Below are positions 60,201-64,000 of a stretch of DNA of 64,000 nt, piece by piece. Below the pieces are notes generated by a model. That model was given only the letters and a program-made list of their open reading frames with translations, was not told the origin of the DNA and made no database searches. The stretch covers positions 558,001 to 622,000 of the forward strand of contig JAYWIR010000007.1 of assembly GCA_036172245.1 (NCBI GenBank), written 5' to 3'. The position numbers and the translations under genes were made by a program. This DNA is from Raillietiella orientalis. Its lineage: Eukaryota. Positions within the stretch are counted from its first letter, which is position 1. Every line of letters starts with the position of its first letter.

Positions 60201-63200
60201 GACTGAGAATCGGACCACACCCTCAGGAAGTAGGGAAACGGACAGCGTCTTCCGTTCTTCCGTCTTGTAATGGGAGAGATGCGAATATCCCCCGCTTAGT
60301 CGGGAAACCTGGGGTGTCCTGCGAGCTCCGCTTCCGTCCCCTGTCCTCCTCCCCCTCCTTCCCGCGGAGCTTCCCGGAGTCAGGGAAAAGTTTGCCTTTG
60401 AGACGTGCGGTGGCACCGCTGCGGAGCTCCCCAGACGGGCTCTGTGGGGAGGCGGAGTGCTGGGCCTCTCGGGAAGGAGATGGGGTCTTCGGAGGCGCTC
60501 GAGGTCTCTCCGTGATGCTCTCTCAAGAGGGCGGCAATGGCGGTGTCACCGAATCGGGAAAGGCCGAGGTCGTTCGACGGTTGGCACCGGCGGGGAAGAC
60601 GCCGCTCCGGAATTCTCCCTTCTGGCTCCTCCCCAAGGTGATGTCCTTTTGAGCGCGCGGCCTTCTGAATGCGCGCCAATCCCAAGTCGGAGATTCGGAC
60701 TGCGCGCTCCTACTGGTAGGTCTCCGGAAGAAATCGGGAGTTCCCGTTCGCCCTGGGGATCGGTGGGGAAGGGAGAAGGAAGGATAGGGTAAGTTTGAGC
60801 GGGGAGAGCATTGCCTCCCTTCCGGGAGAGGCGTGCAGATCGCTCCATGGAGCGAAGAAGGATGGCAACAGGAGGGAGGACGAAAGGAGGAGGGAGTAGC
60901 AGAAGGGCAGGGCGGAGCAGGGAAAACCCGCGATATTTTCCTTGTCCCTCCCTTCTCCTTTCCTGGGGTGGACCTGTGCCCTGTGTGGGGACGTCCCGTC
61001 TGTCTGGTTTCCAAGGAATGAGGGTGGGGGAGGGAGACAGAGGCCACGGCGGCGGTGGGCGTCCGCGGCTTCCCCAAAGCACGAGTGGGCCCTAGGCCCA
61101 GCGCCTTCACAGCACGCGCACGCTGTAAGCCCCAACCCTGTTGATCCTTCCTTTTCCCGCCAGGCGATCAGGAGTGGACGAGGGGCACTCTCACGTGACC
61201 GAGGATCATCATGCCAGTCGCGTTCGCAGTTCCCGCGCCTCCCGACCGTCGACACCTCGAGCTTTGGGGAAACGGAAAGCGGCCCGCTCCCACGTCCTCC
61301 ACCAGGTCGACGTGCCATCGTCGTGGAATTGCAGCATATGCGCAAATCTCTTCCGAGGAGAATAAGGATCGCGAGATCCCTGCGGAGGAGAACGGCAGCT
61401 CAGCAGCGAGATCTCTTCGAAGAGTTGTAGCAGCCACCCCTGGAGAACCAGGAACTAAGAGCCTTTCGATTCGACCAGGAGCGAGGGGCGCTCGGGCACA
61501 GTAGAGGGGGGCGGCTGCGAATCCCGTCCGAAGGCCAGGCTGAACTTCCTATTACCTGGAGGCGTGCCCTTTTCAGCGTGCACACACCTGGCCCCCTTCC
61601 GCCTTGCCCGGCTCAGAGGCGTGGAGTATCCGTGTCTCTCCAGGAGCTGCTTCCTCCCGCTGAGGAAGGAACTCCTTCCTAGTACGGGGAACAGGGAAAA
61701 ACTCCTCATTCCAATCGCTGCCACTTGCTTCACGATCCGGGAGGATGGAAATCATCCTCGCTTGCCTCCGGAGCCCTCCTTGCCCCCTCCCCCCGCTGGA
61801 GAGCGAGCGAGCGAGGGGCCCTTGCTTGCTCTTCCGACCTCGGCGCGGAGCAGCAGACGGTTTCAGGTTGGCTGACACGGGATGGGTAACGCAACGGTTC
61901 GCGCGCGAGCTGACGCAACAATCGCGCGGCTAGCAAGCGTTCGAGTGCGTTGCCTTCCGGGAAACCGTTGTCAGGGAGCGAAACCTGGAAACGAGGGGGA
62001 AATCCTCCATTGATTTCCTGTTCCAGAAGTTTCTCTGCCAACAATCGGGGTCCACTGCGGGACTAGCAGTGGAGCGACGCGAAACCGGGGGTTCTCGGAA
62101 GACTCTTCTGTACGATTTGGCGCGAGACGCAGCGGGCGCGGATTCGCTCGAGCGATTTCGGCTGCGACGGGCAGCAGCCGGCCTTTTCCTTCTGCTTTTT
62201 CTCATTCGGCTGTCTCGCACCTGTTGGAAGCTCGGGATTCCGGCGGCGGCGCTGAGTCATCGGAGTCTCGCGTGAGCTACCTCGTTACAATCCCAGGAAA
62301 CAGAGGAAGCAAGAAGAAAACGCCGCGTGCGAACTTATGCCAGCTCCTTTCGCGCCTCTTTCCTTCCCTTTTCTCCTCCCCCCCCCCCCTCCTCTTCTGC
62401 TCCTACTCCTCGGGGAGGGGGGGTAGGAAGAAGGAACGGACTATTCCCCTGCCCCTCGGGACGACGTGCCAAGCCTCTTTCATTTATGCCGTCGCACGCT
62501 GCCTTTAATCACGCAGCCCCGCGGGGAGGAGGCGTTCCCGGAAAAGTCTGCTACCTGAGATCGCAAGGAAAACCCACTGCCGATCCCGGCGGCTTCTCGG
62601 ATGTGCGCGGGCGCGGCGAGGGGGTGGAGGGGAAAGGAGGGGAAGGGCCATACTTGCCGCTCCCCCCTTTCATCCCCTCATCGCAATTCTTGCCGCCCCC
62701 GGCGAAGCGCGCAAGCATTTCCCCCTCTCCTCTCAGGGGATGTGGTGGCGGCGATCCTCTCGTGCTCGTCTCCGCGACGGGACGCTGCGATCGCGCGGCT
62801 CACTCTGCTCGATCGCCTCTGTCGGCGCGTGCGCTCCCGAGCCGGTGGGCATGAAAACGGGCGCGCGCGCGCGAATCGCCGCCCCCGGCCGGACCCAGCC
62901 ACCACGCCCTTTTTACTGCCGGAAACATCTCTTTCCGTCCGAGGTCACCTGCTTTCCTGGTAGCCCTCTGGTCGCGGGGAGCGCCCGACTCCTGCTGTCC
63001 CTTGCGTGCGCACGCGCGGTCGTTCCCACGCTTGCTCTGGACGCAGGAGGAGGCATGGAAAGGGGTTCAAGGCTCACTCGCGTGTTCCATCCATCCATCC
63101 ACGAACAGTGGGAAGGAAGAGGGTTCTACTCCGGGCTACCTCCCGCTTCCTTTTATCTTCCCTTTTCTTCCCCTCGGGGCTTCCCGAAGAAAAGCTGAAG

Positions 63201-64000
63201 CAAGGAGCGAGTGGGACCTCAGGGGGGAAGGGGGGAGGAAAAAGGATGGGAAAGAGGGAGGTTCCCGCACGCTGCTGTCGCAGAACGAGAATAGGAAAGG
63301 GAGGAGGGGGCTCCGGTAGCCCCTTGGGACAGGTCTGCAGGATGAACGGAAGAGGAGAGGCCGCTGCTGGTGGGAGGGGCAGGCACTGGCAACCCTCCCT
63401 TCCCCTGCAAGCAAGGGCTGGCCGTGAGAACGAATGGCCGGCGCAACGGGGAGTGGGGAGGTGGCGGGAGAGGGGGTAAGGGGGATCTGGGGGAGACTTT
63501 GCAAACCGAATGAAGGGGGACTCCTGGGAGCAGATCCCCGATTCTCGACTTCTTCCTCCTCGCCCATCCTTGGAAGGGGTTCGATGCAGGCGAATCTTTC
63601 CTCCCCCTCCCCTCCCCTTTCTTCGTAAGAGAGAGAAAGATTAACTCTCCGGACGCTCTTCACCAGCTCTCTTTCTCCGGGCAACGGCTAGGAACGTCCA
63701 GAGAGTCCCTTCGGCCACACCCTGGAGCGGGGGCTCCGGGGAATTCCCCGGAGCCAACAAGGGCCCTCACGCTGACCGCTCTCACGGTCAGAATGCGGAC
63801 ATCCGGGGGGTGCCCCTACGAGCGCACGGAATCGAGGTCGCGCTGCTGCGTGCGGTGCACACCTCCGGTAGGAAAGGAAAGGGTCAGAGGGTGCGCGTGA
63901 CAATTCCCTTGGGCGGCGCGCTCGCGCGTGCCGGCCGCGAGAGTGAGATGTTTCCACCTCGAGTCGCCCCGTCGCTGGAGGTGGTGGAGCAGAGAAGCCG

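Overview
Eukaryotic, intron-containing animal genomic DNA, most consistent with an arthropod. No prokaryotic operon, CRISPR array, rRNA or tRNA is supportable. Three minus-strand genes can be rebuilt from splice sites. extradenticle/PBX has 7 coding exons at 4874-18472, with the last exon unresolved. A compact 9-exon MAPK15/ERK7 lies at 22226-24538, with five introns of only 36-47 nt. A partial Dpr-family two-Ig-domain gene has 4 exons at 52679-55145. The first 3.7 kb holds two decayed SHPRH-like (PHD + SNF2 helicase) gene fragments in tandem. An AT-rich, CpG-poor block (~15-26 kb) switches abruptly to a GC-rich block (~26.5-64 kb). The GC-rich block holds a cluster of decayed L1/Tx1-like non-LTR retrotransposons. 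Four diverged copies share a structured 3' end: a CTGCG-loop hairpin with a compensatory change, a second hairpin, AATAAA, then a terminal CCCGG-N5-CCGGG hairpin, with no poly(A) tail. One copy is a 5'-inverted (twin-priming-type) insertion flanked by a perfect 15-bp target-site duplication. All alignments and folds were done by eye and family motifs are recalled from memory; no searches were run.
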